Shown one piece after another: positions 21,756 through 33,900 of a stretch of 64,000 nt of DNA. The position numbers and the translations under genes are program-made. Below the pieces are notes generated by a model, which worked only from the letters and a program-made list of their open reading frames with translations, was not told the DNA's origin and did not search any database. The DNA comes from Prorocentrum cordatum (Eukaryota), in assembly GCA_963575745.1 (NCBI GenBank), contig CAUYUJ010000037.1, positions 496,001-560,000 of the forward strand, given 5' to 3'. The first letter of the stretch is position 1; every line of letters begins with the position of its first letter.

Positions 21756-24700
21756 ATGGAGGGCCAGATTTGGCACTTGGCGGAAAAAGTCGGGCAGCTG
21801 ACGGTGACGAGTCAGCAAGTGCAGGCCGACCTAAAGTAGCGAGACGCGGCGCTGGCATAAGGTCGAGGGCAGCTCAAGAGTCAGAACGACTTAGCGCGAG
21901 AAGCAGCAAGACGCCATACGGAGATCTTGGACGCAAAGATCCTGCACAATGTGATGCTATTCGACGGCAATAGGAGCAGCTGGAAGACGCTCGGTTCCCA
22001 GTGCCGAGCGTACCGGGTAGCGCAGGGCAGGATGCGCAGGTCGCTGCTCGACAAGATCGAGGACCATGTAGAGGACGTGGACAGCGTGAACCAGAATCCG
22101 GAAGAGGACGGACTCATCATGCAGCTGTGCTTCGCCTTGGCCCTGGCCATGCCGGAGGATTCAGTGGCGGAGCTGATCGCGAGGAGCAGCCTGCAAGGCG
22201 GCAGAGCCCTGCGTTGGAGGAATCTTGCGAAGGAGTACAACCCCGCAGAGGCAGGAAACGCGCTCGCGACGTGGGCGCACCTGGCAGGCGCGAAGTTCGA
22301 GCTCTACGAGGACGCGCTGGCGAACATCCAGAAGCTCGACGAGAGCATCGCGCGGCGCCACAAAAAAACAGGCGAGGCGGTCTCGGACTTGATGAAGCGA
22401 GGAGTTCTCGCGAAGGCGCAAAATGGCCGCGCGGAGCTGCAGAAGCACGTCTTCTGGAATAGCGCGCGTCTCAACGCGTTCGAGCTCTCAAGGGGGGGAG
22501 CCGCGCAAGGACTGACGGCGGAGCGCGCGGCGATGGACCACCCCTCGGAGATCGGAGCGTTGAAAGGGGGAGTCGTGGAAGGGCCGCGGAGGCAAAGGAG
22601 GGGCAGAGGCGAGGCAGGGCAAGGCCGCGGCCGACAAGCAAGCGAGAACCCTGACGCGGAAATCGAGACCCACTACTGCCACGAGACAGGTCACCGCAAG
22701 AGCGACTGCAGGAAGCGGATCGCGGAAACAGGAAAGCCGACGAACAGTCCGACTTAGGGAGAAAGAGCGAGAGGGAGCATTGAAGACAAAGAAGAAGGCC
22801 GCCGCCTCTACCGCAATGAGCAGGAGAGGCAAATGCAGGACCAGCAGAGCCCGTCGACGGTTCCGACGCAGCCGACATTAGGCAGCGAAAGAAGAGCCTC
22901 CGGCAGCGCAGCGAGCGCAGCGACCCAGCCTGCGCCGGGAAGTCTTCAGGCGAAGATGAGTTTAGCAATGAGTGCACAAAGATGCAAAGACACGATATAC
23001 CTTGGGTTTGGGGGGGCCAGGCGAGCGCGACGAGCGCGGGCGCAGCTCCCGCGAAAAGCCTTCAGACGAGGCCGTTGGCCTCGCGATGTCTGGAAGCTGG
23101 GCGCCTGCAAGGCGCGCGCGGGCTACTTTCTCAATTTCCACTTGGGGGCGCAGCGGCGACATGTGTCGCCGCTGTCGAGCGGCTGCGGTTTGCCCCGCGC
23201 CAGCGCTAGCACGTGGACTTCAAGTGCTCGGCGAAGGTGGCGACCGAATGCGGCTTGCCCCGCTTCGGAATTCAGCGGCGCTGGATTCGGCGGCGCAGAT
23301 CAGCGCCGCCCCCCGAGCGCGGGCGGAGAGGCGCAACTACGCGCCGAAGGACAGCAACGCGGCGGGCCTGCAGGGCATCGGAGGGGGGAGATATCCCAGG
23401 CCACGGCCAGGTGGAGCTCAACTTGTCTCGAGGAGGAGACGTAGTTCAAATTGGAGACGAAAGGGCTGACGTTGAATGCCCAGCGGCGGTGGCGGACGCC
23501 GTAGCGGCTAGGGGCAAGGGCCCGCTGCGCCGCCCAGTTGGGAACAGGATCATCGGCGGGGTCATCGAGCCGCCAGAGCGGAACGGAGCGCGTGACCATG
23601 CGAACGCACCAGCACAACTACGACTTAGAGTACGGTGAAATCTTCGACGGCGGAGGCCGCAAGGGGGCCAGCATGGCTGCAGTTCGGATGGCCCTCCCGC
23701 GACGTGTCCCTGCTGCACGAGAAGTTGCGCGCTTGCTTCGAGCATTGGGCCCAGGGCCCGACGAGACGACCCCGGCGCCTGCGAGAGCGCTCGCGTCGCC
23801 GTGCCAGCCGAGCGCGGCAGAGAGCGCAGCCCATGACGGACGCCATTTCCTTGTTCCGCCCACGGTGCCCCGCGCACGTTCAAGGTCGAGCCTGCGACGA
23901 TCCACGCTGCGTTCGGGAGGCCCCGGGCGAGTGGCAGATCCCCATGGTGCGTCTCGAAATTACTGCGCGGGCGCAGACGAGCTTGCGATGAAGTTCAAGA
24001 TGGAAGAGGGTTTCTGCAGCGACGGGGGAATTCTCGAGATGGCGACAGCGGATCTGGAGAAGAGCATTTCGGTGCTCGACGCAGTCGACTCCGAGGTTCT
24101 AGCCCGGGCAGCGCTCTATATTCCAACAAGAAGCGCGACGACTACGATACCGGGCATCTTCTTGCAGTGGAGGCTCGGGGTCATGCGACTGCGACGCTGT
24201 AGACTGATCAGGGCACTGCCACGATTGCTTTGGCCAGTGCAGCGAGGGGCCGTCGATCGCATTCTACTCTGGCGCGGGATCATGTCCTTTTTGCGAGGCA
24301 GAATGATTGGTGCATCGAGGGCGCGAACAGGCTAGCAGCTGAGCTTCCACGAGCCCACGTGCTGAGACTGGAGCAGAAGCTCGGAGAGGAGATCAAGATG
24401 CAGGACCCGATCTTGCAGTGGCTTGCGGGCACCGCTGGCTGGATGGCCACGCAGCGCCAACCGCGTCGCCATGGGAGCTCTGCGCACCAGATGCTGCGCG
24501 GCAAGGAGTACCGGGGAGAGATCGCGGAGTTCGGAGAGCAGCTGGAGCTGCACCAGGTCGAAGCAAGTGGGGGGCCAGGCTTGCCGGTGGCATCCGCGTC
24601 GGCGAGAGCGCCGCCGACGACGCGCATTTGGCGATCGACTTCGAACGCGGACAACAGAAGGTACGAACGGCAAGAAGAGTACCTGAGGAGCGCAGATGGG

Positions 24701-27700
24701 GCGCCGAGTTGCTCAATCACAGCGGTGCCATGGGGGCCGACGCCTTCGAGGGCGCGGCGCGCACGTCGTGGAAGTAATGATCAAAGCGCGCGGCCCTACC
24801 GACGACTGCAAGAAGTGTAGCATTGGTTGTGGATCGCAGGTGGAAGCGCGCCGTCAGCGGTTCGAGTCCACGCAAGCGTATTTTGTTTGGAGGGAAGCTC
24901 GAGAAGAGCCCCGGGTCTGACGAGGCCACGGCGATTGCGCCGGCCGCGGGTAGTGCCGCGCTGGGCGCAGCGAAAAGCAGCAGTGGGCACGTCGCGGGCA
25001 GCCCCGCGAGTCCACGGGCCGAGGACGCAGCCAGCCAGACGCGAGCCTAGGAGAGGCAGCTGAATTCGTTCACTCAGCTCCATGGAGGTCGGGGAGGACC
25101 GAGTTCGAGGAGCGGGCCCAGGCGGGCCACGACCGACCGAGGAGATCAAGAAGCCGAGAGTAGCAGTTTTCGGAGCTGGCTCGGTGTGCGAGCTGGCAGT
25201 CTGCGAAGAAGGGCACGACGAGAGCGTCGATCCTGCCTGGGACCCACATCCGCAAATATCAGGAAGGTGCTCAGAGGGATGCGAGAAGCATGCGTCAAGG
25301 TGCCAGCGAAGAGAGCGCCGCAATATTGAGTGTGCCTGGAGACGTTGCTCGATGAGCCACATCGTCTCGATCCAGGGCCACCTGGACAGCATGGGGGACG
25401 GGCAGAATGATCAGATGGCGGAGGCCAGCAGCGAGCTTCACGAGAGGGGCCAGTGGTTACCCCGCGCCATCCATTATGATTCGTACACAGGTGAACCACT
25501 TGATGAAGTACTATATCAAGCTGGTCGAGACGACGGATTCCAGGCGACGCAGGAGTACGGAGTGCACGCGGAGGTGGGCATTGCCACGGCCGCCGACGGC
25601 AAACGCATGGCAGTTTCCCCCATCGCGTACGCGAAGGAGGGAATAACCGCGGAAGCCAGCAAGTACGAGGTCAGGGAGAGCAGCCACCAAAGGACACTGC
25701 CCCGGATGATCGCCAGGGCTCAGTCGAGCAGCATCGAGTCTTACATCGGCAGAGGGGCACAGGTGGAATATTCAGGCCTGCGAAATTCGGGAGACGATCT
25801 TGGACGCCGACTTGGAGGGGAAGATCCACGTCCATCCAAGTCGAGAACGTTGCCGATCAGAAAGGTGCATATTTTTCTGAAATCCACGACCGGCACCAAG
25901 ATCGCTTCCAAGATTTCGGGAGGGGGGGCTCTGCTGGACTACCCTAGACGACGGGCACTGGGGATGCCGATCGCGAACTCCGAACCTTTTCCCACCTACC
26001 AGCGAGCCTGCCAGCGAGCTTAGCCACGCGAGCTGTCGACGGGGACGCCGCGGCGATCAGCCGTGGAGACGACTTCTCGTTGAAGATTACGACGAGCGGC
26101 CCGACGTGTTGCACGGATTTTTGGAGCCGCAGTTCGGGGTCACGACCAGTGGAAGGATGGGGCCAGGGCAGCCTGGACAGACGCGATGCCTCAAGAGGAT
26201 CATCGGCCGCGCTGACAAAGGGCCCGAGACAGAGGCACCCGGTTTCTTATGGGCAGTGGATCGAAGCACGCGGGCTCTTGGCGCAGTGGGCCCAGAAGAG
26301 AGACAGCAAACCGGCGCCTGCGCCAAGCATGCGAGCTACGGGGCAAGGCAAGCGCGACAGTTTGGACTTACTCTCGAAGGAGCGTGCCAGGGGCGTGGCA
26401 GGAGCAGCTGGCGCAGCCTTCCACTTGTCTCCCGGCAGCCAGACACGATGTGCGCAAGCAAGACGGCGATGCAGCGCGCGTCGAACCCAAACGTTCTCAT
26501 GCTCCCTCGGGTGCAATGCTTGCGACGGCACTGCGAAGGGCGCCTGCGTTGGCATGGGGCTGCCCACCTCAGAACGCACTCAGTGGACTGCGCGCCGATG
26601 GAGATGGTTTTGGGCGCCCACCTCGGAACCGCAGCGGAAGTCAACAAGTTGTGGAACAGTGCGATACGGAGACCACACTTAGGATTACGGTTCAGTCATC
26701 CAGAATACAACTGCACGGAGTCAGGGAGAGTCCGAGATGCATGCGGTTGGCGGTGCTACAGCTAGAGGGCTCAAGGGCACCAATTACTTCATCGAGACCC
26801 AGAGGCCCTGCGAGTTGTAGGCGGTGACAGCGCGGCTGGACGCGGCATGCCCCAGCGAGCGGGCGCGGGCAAGGCGAGCCACTTTGAGTTGAGATTTCTT
26901 CTACTTCCAGAGCGGCTATGACTACAAACTTGAGAAATGTTGAAGAAACACACGGGCGAGATGACGGCATGCATTTCTCACGAAGTACAGCGAGTGGCCG
27001 ACAATCGACTAGCATTGTGCGGCCTTCAACTTGACAGAAATTCCAGGGTCCGAGCGCAGTGGCAGCGCTGCTAGCTGCGACGCCGACAGCAGTAGCTTCA
27101 AATGCGACGGTATACGAGGGCAAAGGGAGTTCGGTAGCGCGTTGCCCAGCACCGACGTACCATGCTGACGAGGAGTTCTTGTAATAGTTGAAGGTCATTG
27201 TGCTGGCTCGTTCCGCTGTGATGAGCCTACTGGGGGTGTCCCTGTGGTTGCCGCGGCAAGAAGCTCTTCGGCAAGTTTTCAGAGCCTGTTCAGTGTAAGG
27301 ATGCAGGTGCCCCCGCTCCGAAGACGCAAGAGGCGGAAGCAGGAGGTGAAGCAGGCGCGCACAGCAAAGCGAAGTGCAGTACGACGGACACAGGAGTGAG
27401 GCGCACGTTGCTGATGATGTTTCGCGCGGTGGATATGCAAGCAGTGTCCAACACCGAATGCCTACCAGTGACCGGGGTCAAGGACGACGTGGTGCCCAGA
27501 CTGATCGACAAGGTCGAGATGCTGACGAGGGGCAGACCAAGGACAGCGAGAGGCTGCGCGTGTGACGTGCCCTACTTGATTTACTACGGAGACATGATTT
27601 GTGGTCGCAGGAAACAGCGCGACAGGGATGACGGCTTGGCACAAAGGTGGCGGGTAGCCCCGCTCCGTGACCTACTTTACGAGTGGGATTGTGGGCTTGG

Positions 27701-27710
27701 TCGCGTTTAA
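21756..27710 (+). mobile_element. Degenerate Ty1/copia-type LTR retrotransposon internal region (gag-protease-integrase-RT-RNase H), many frameshifts; LTRs not identified
   Basis: Gag-like LDAKILHNVMLFDGNRSSWK. Zinc knuckle YCHETGHRKSDC (about 22675). Protease-like LDSAAQIS (about 23281). Integrase-like GAVDR and ILQWLAGTAGW...LRGKEYRGEIAEFGE. RT-start-like GEPLDE..QAGRDD..EYGV. RNase H-like SGESEMHAVG and DSAAGRGM..RAGAGK. The order fits copia. Confidence 0.8.
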
Positions 27711-28489
27711 ACCCGCACCAAGACCGGCTCGAGAGCGTTCGCAGGCGCAGCTGCAAAGACAACGACACCTGCGCGGAGGCCGCGCAAGGCGTGTCTGACC
27801 TGGACGGCCGGACCGGCTCCTTACGCCCAAGGACAAGTGCTGGGGAAGTTCTGGTTCCATATAAGTATACGATGTAGTACAATCTGAATTCGTCGGGGGT
27901 TAACCCGAAAACCTGCAGGTTCAAGGAGAAGAGCCATTGTTCCCTTCCCCCGCTGCCACGGTGGAGGGGGGACTCGAGCACGTAGGGCCGCAATGTTTGT
28001 TTTCCAAGGAAAACGCTGCGGTTCACAGTTGGGAAGGGGCAAGCGTCGGAAGTGGCAGGCCCTGGTGGTGAGTGCACCTGTTGGCCTTGTCGGGTGTTGC
28101 CGACGGTGTTTTTGGCCCAGCGTGTCCCCAGGATTTCCCGGAAGCCCCCCACGGCATCCAAACACCCGTCATGAGGCCCAGAGGGCCCTAGGGCTCTAGG
28201 AGCTACAGAGTAGCACGAAAGGCTGAGGGCACCTCAGGCCACCACCTTCGGGCCGGACGAAAGGGTAGGATAGGGAAACGGGGGGGGGGGGGGGGGGAAA
28301 CCTGTTGCATGCAGCTGGTTTCGGCCGCCTCGCCGGGCCTGTTCTTTCTACATGGGCGCCTCCTGGCTCCAGGAGGCGCCAGGAAAACCAGCTGCGTGAG
28401 CTGATCATCTACCATGCCCGTTGCTATCCTACCCTCTCGTCCCTCCCCGGCACCTCTAGCAACCCCCGACTCTGCGTCCCCGGCGGCAG

Positions 28490-28624
28490 GAGGACGCTGG
28501 ACCGTCGCCCACCGACAACGAGAGCCGCGACAGGACGGATGCAGCGACGCCCGAGGCCGCGGCACCGGGCGACGACAGAAATCACAACGGCACGAGCAGT
28601 GGCAATGTGCCCAATGGGCTCACA
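28490..28624 (+). CDS. Possible host exon (unknown protein)
   Basis: cag|G acceptor, 45 open codons EDAGPSPTDNESRDRTDAATPEAAAPGDDRNHNGTSSGNVPNGLT, and a possible GA donor. No domain recognised. Confidence 0.25.
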
Positions 28625-30149
28625 GACCGGCCACTCCCCCCCCTCCCCCCTCCCGAACCTCCTCCTCCACCTCCGCCTCCTCTTCCCCGCTCCTCCCCAC
28701 GCCCCGTCCTCGTCCGCCTCATCCTCCTCGTTTCCTGCTTTTGTATCTCACGTTTTCGGTGGCAGTGCTATCCGATTCGCGGTGCCAGCGAGCTGCGAGG
28801 GAGGTGGATATACGGTCAGCATTTCGCTGGGGGAGTACCAGGGCAGCCCTCGCGATGGCAGTTGTGGTCTTTACCCCCCTGGCGAACCGACCGATTTCGA
28901 CACCACTCGAGAGATCATCGATACGATGGGTCATCCCCGGGGGTACGGAGCACAGCTCCCCCAGTTGTGGCTGGTCGGGCTCAACAGCAGCACGCTGCGA
29001 GAGTCACCTGTTCCTAGGCCGTCTCTGCGGAAAGTGAGATGGCTACATGGGCGAGGAAATTGCCAATGAGTTCCCCCCCCCGTGTGATATTTCCCCCCTT
29101 CCTCGCAGGAGCCGCCCCCAGCGAAAGACGCCCTGCCCAAAGAGAACATCTGGGTTCAAGGCTCGGGCCCAGGACCGACAGCGTACCCACACGCATACAC
29201 ACACACACATACACACGCACAAACACGCGTGGCATTTTGACCAGGCAAACCCATGTGTACGCGTACGGCAGGTTGGCACCGCGTCGACGCGGCGGCAAAG
29301 CCAGCGCAGGCGTTTAAGGCTGAATGCCCCCAGTGGCCCAGAATCCATATCGAGCGATCAGCGCCACCTGAAGCCGCGATCGGTCGAACGACCACGCGGT
29401 GTCGGAATCCAACGCCCCGTGCTGGTATTGGAGAGGCCTGACGGCCGGTGCCGCCGACCCTGATCGAAAGGGCTAGGAGTGGGGGGAGGAAGCGGAGCAT
29501 GAGGAGGAGGAGGAGGAGGAGAAGGAGGAGGACATTTTGGACATTCTGGACAATGAGGGCTCATGGGCAGCCACACGAGTGACATTATCACACAACATGT
29601 ACAAGCACTATGCGAGCACACTGATGACAACAAAAAGAGAGCAACGAGGGACCCCATCACCTCGCCGCAGAAAAGAGGCCTCCTGCTGGAACGGCCCGCC
29701 GAAGACCACGGCGGTACCTCGCCAGCTCTCGGCGGCGGGCGATGGCCTGCCGCAGCTCGGCGGTGATCTCCACTCGGGCGGGGGGGGAGGAGGAGGAGGA
29801 GGAGCGGGGTGGGGAACCCAGGGATCCCCAGACGCCTCTAAAGCCCTCAGCATTCCCTCCTCGGCCCAGGGGTCGGGTTCGTCAGGCCAGAAATCCCCGC
29901 CCTCAACCACCTGGGGCACAGGAAGGGGCTCAGGACACGGCACATCATCACGGTCCTGGGGGGCTAGAGGGACAGCAGGGCGGTCAAATCTGTGGTCCCT
30001 GGGCCCCCGATCACTGAAACCAGCAAAGTCAAGTGCAATATTTTCATTGGGTGCTGCAGCAGCATAGGAGTCGAGGGCCTGAAAAAACTGGCTCAGTCCA
30101 TCAGGAAGATCTGTGGGATCCAGGGCTTCACGGTCACTTAGCCGATAAG

Positions 30150-30940
30150 CCTCAGAAACAAACTCTGATACTGCACGCCCCATTGCTGCACATAGCGCCT
30201 GAGGGTACCTTTTTGGGGGAGCAGTCCTCCATTTTCCTGTATCAGGATCAATACCCAGTAAAGTAGTGTGGGTGTTCTTTGGGTGGTCGCATCTTCCCCC
30301 TCTTCCCAGTCCCTGGATTTCGTCCCCGATGGAGTCGAGTCTTATGCAAAGGAACGTCGTTGGGGCCTTACTGGTCTGTCCGAAACACATTGATCGAAAC
30401 TGAAGGTTCGCGAGGGAGGGGCAGCACACAAGGCCCGCGCCGTTGCAGTCTGCCACGAGTTGGGAGCCCGAGGTCCCCAATGGGCCTCCTCAGGATGCTC
30501 TTTCAGTGCACACGCACCAACCTCCAGGCAGGTCAGCATCAACTTGTGCTGGCTCAGCAGGAGCTGCGTTCCAATTGAGAGCTGCAAATGGTGACGACTC
30601 GAAACGTCAGGACGTCCCCATCTATGTTTAAGGGTACGAAGAGGGGCAGGGGGGCGGGATCGATCAGCAACTCGTAGCTCCTGCCATCGCGCAGCTGACC
30701 ATGTCTCACATGGCGGGCCTCCTATGAGTCCTATAGCACGGCCTGATCTCAGGAGCTCATCCCACTTCTGCACAATATCTTCACGGGTAAGGTCACCATT
30801 CACCTCATCACATGCCACAGCACAGTAAATGATAATGACAGTCACGGGCCCATGGACCAGTGCACGCTCGAGCTCCTCCTGCACATCTCCTGTCCTCCGT
30901 GCTCCTGAGAACAGATGTAAAAAGGCAAGCACAGCATACT
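30150..30940 (-). other. C5-cytosine DNA methyltransferase domain within LINE-B ORF2
   Basis: Motif I-like LHLFSG (30912-30904), catalytic GGPPC (30722-30708), EHP (motif VI-like), FDQCxFG...KAPT and C-terminal YPQALCAAMG. Confidence 0.85.
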
Positions 30941-33900
30941 GCAGTGGTCGTGGACAGCGCTCAGCCGCTGGTCCGTCATAGGCTAGAGGTTCAAATTCAT
31001 GTTCATCTTCCAGAGGGGGCTCACATCGGGGTACTTCACTCTGGACCTCCAAGATGGGCTCTGGGGCCTCTTCGTACTGGTAGTCCATACTACGTACGAC
31101 CTGCCAGGCCTCCACATAGGGCAACTGGGAGGCTTGGGGGGGCATTCCGAGGTCCTGGCACTCGATAGGCGGGGAGCCAGGCTCCCCGACGCATGGCCCC
31201 TTTTTGTCGGGCCCGTTTCCTCTCAGAAGCCTCCAAGGCACGCACCTCCTCCAATACCTCCGAAGCCTCAGGGCTCAGGAACAGGAGGGCCGAAATGAAG
31301 CAATTGGGGTTGCCATGCGCCAGGTGGTCAATGCTTAGTTCCACAGAGCTGAACCGAATCAGACAAATAGGGCATGTACTACTGTGTATATATCTGGCAG
31401 CAACATCACGTTGTCCATGATGTAGTCGGGCAATATGAGACTTGACTGCTGCACACTTCGGGGACAGGAACGGGCAAAAGGGGCAGCGATGCACAACAGG
31501 CACAGGAGCAGGTCGCAGAGACAGATCTTGCGGCACTCCAATACTAGCAGCGTGCTGAAAAAAAAACTCTTGCGTGCGTCGCCTGGCATCCTCGGTGCGA
31601 CTGGCCCAACGGATATGTGATCCAATTCCAGATCTGACCAAGTTCGCCCAGTGCTGCCCCCTTCCCGTGATCTCCTTCTCCCATGGCCCAAACTCCGAAA
31701 ACGGATTTGGAAACTCACGAAGCCGAGAAACCCGAGTACGTAGCCACCTCAAATCATTCAAAACCATGTTGAACCATGAGTGTTTCGGCTCGGACGTAGC
31801 TCGAATCAGCCCAAAGAGAGCCCCATGAGCGTGCCTATACAGACGGGTAAGGTAACGGAGACGGTGCCATCGCATCATAATATCCACGTCGCACTTGTTA
31901 GCCAGTGCCAAAATGGTCTGGTCTGTCTCAGCATCCTCATCGTAGGCCGGCCGTCCGAGCGCAGCCCGATAGATGCGGATGATGCCAGCGCGGTACTTCT
32001 TAAACTGCGCAGCGGTCGGGCTCGACCACGTAGCCGCAGTGTAGAGTCTGCCCGAGAGTATCAGTACGTCGGACAGCTGCAGCTTGTGCTGCACTGAAAG
32101 CTGAGGGTTCGGAAACACTGTCTGCCGTAGCGCCTGCAGCGACGACGACGTCGAGGAAACCCGATAGGCCGGCTCAGGGGCCATGTCCTGCTTGTCCGAG
32201 ACCATGCCCCCAAGATGTTTGTACGAGTGTACAGCCTCCAAAGACAGGCCTTGAGGAAACGTGCGGGTACCAGGAATACAAACCTTACCCTCCTCCTCAA
32301 ACCAGAACTGCTTGCGGGCCGAAACCGAGCCAGGTCCTCTAAAGGTGACCAACAAGGCCGTCTTGGTGGGGCCCACATTGATCTTGAGGCCCGCGGGGGT
32401 GAAGGAGTCCGCCACGATCGACACGAGCGTGCGAGTTCGTTGTATAATGGAGCCTGCTGGGCCCCAAGCATTGAAGAGGCTGTCATCGCTGTGCTCAACG
32501 TCATTGACATAGATCTTCGTATCACACTTGGCCAGGGGGTCCAGGGTCCTGGCCGAGGGAATATCGAGCTCCTGCTGGAGCCCAGCAGCCACCAAGAGGT
32601 CCCACGTCTTTCGAATACACCTGGACACGATGAACAGGAAGAGCTGGGCCGCCAACGCGTTGCCTGGCCTGGCCCCGGTAGTCATGATAGCTACTTCTCC
32701 AGAGCCCTGTGTCGTGGCCCATGTCCCCGACAAGGTCTCCGCCAAGATGCGTCGAAGGTGCGCGGGGACCTCCAGTTCCTCAAGCAGCGGTGGCTGAACG
32801 AGCTCCGCTGCATGTAGGTCCATGCAAGAGGGCGGCAAACCTGATGCATATAATAGTTGTGCAACACGCTCATCAGAAATCTCCTCCTCTCCTTCGAATC
32901 GAATGAGAATCTCTTGAACAGCATGATGGGAAGCGGCCTCCAGGTCCACGAAGAGCGTCGACATCGACTCCGGTCGAATGCGAGAGAGCTCCTGCATAAG
33001 CCGCACCGTGTGGACAGCAACGTCAGTCCCACGTCCCTTGATGCCCCCACATTGCGATTCAGGTGCATACATATCTAGAAAGGGCTGAAGGCGCCCTGCG
33101 ACCAGAGCATGTGCACGCTCACCCACCTGGGGCCCTATGGCCACTGACCTGCTGGAGGCGCGCACATTGGGCTGACCTCGACCCTTGTGCAGATCAGCCA
33201 GTCTCGAGCTTTTCCACTGTATAGGTTCATGAATACACATCATGTACTTCAGCACTACGGGAAAGTAGAGACGGGCACATTGGGTAGAGCACATACGTAG
33301 GATAGCCCCAGGCACACAGCCCACACCATTCGCACAAGCGCTCGAGGTCTTCAGCAGTTGCTGTTCAAACATAGCAAGCGTCGGTAGCATCTTCGCCGCC
33401 GAGTCATCAATCTCAGCCAGCGGGTAGCTAGCTTCTCCTACAAACTGCAGCAGGCTGGCGGCAGGTACACGAAAACCAAGCCCCTGCTCCGCAAAGTGTT
33501 CCAGCCATCGATCTCGCCCAGCAGTTGGCGTTAAAGCAGGCGTGCCATTCTTCAATAGAATCTGGGCTGATTGGCTGGCAGGTCGCTTCTTGGCTGATCC
33601 GACTCCCAGCGTCCGTATCTGGCTAAAGGCTTGTCGAAATTCTTTCAGGAGGAACGAGCTGGCAATGTCTTTCGAAGTCTGCTCCATCTTGGCAGCCTTG
33701 TCCAGGTCACACGACCAGCTAACCAGGCGAGAGGTGAGGTAAGTCATGTTGCTGCTCATAGGCTTCATAAGGCCATACCACCCTCTAAGTAGATCAAGAT
33801 ATTTGGCTGTCGGTGGAAGCTGTATCCCCAGAATATCAGGGACACGAGCCAGCTCTTGACGTAGGGTAAACAGATTGTCCCAGTCAGGAGTCCGAGCGAG

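Noticed and set aside
21301..27990. Copia LTR pair (cccgctgccacgg...gggac.cgagca at about 21313 and 27948)
   Set aside because: The similarity covers only about 40 bp with no TG...CA ends, PBS or TSD. It is more likely a dispersed repeat.
29146..29173. Additional SL relic (acatctgggttcaag)
   Set aside because: Only about 11/15 match, and it is not at an identifiable element or gene start.
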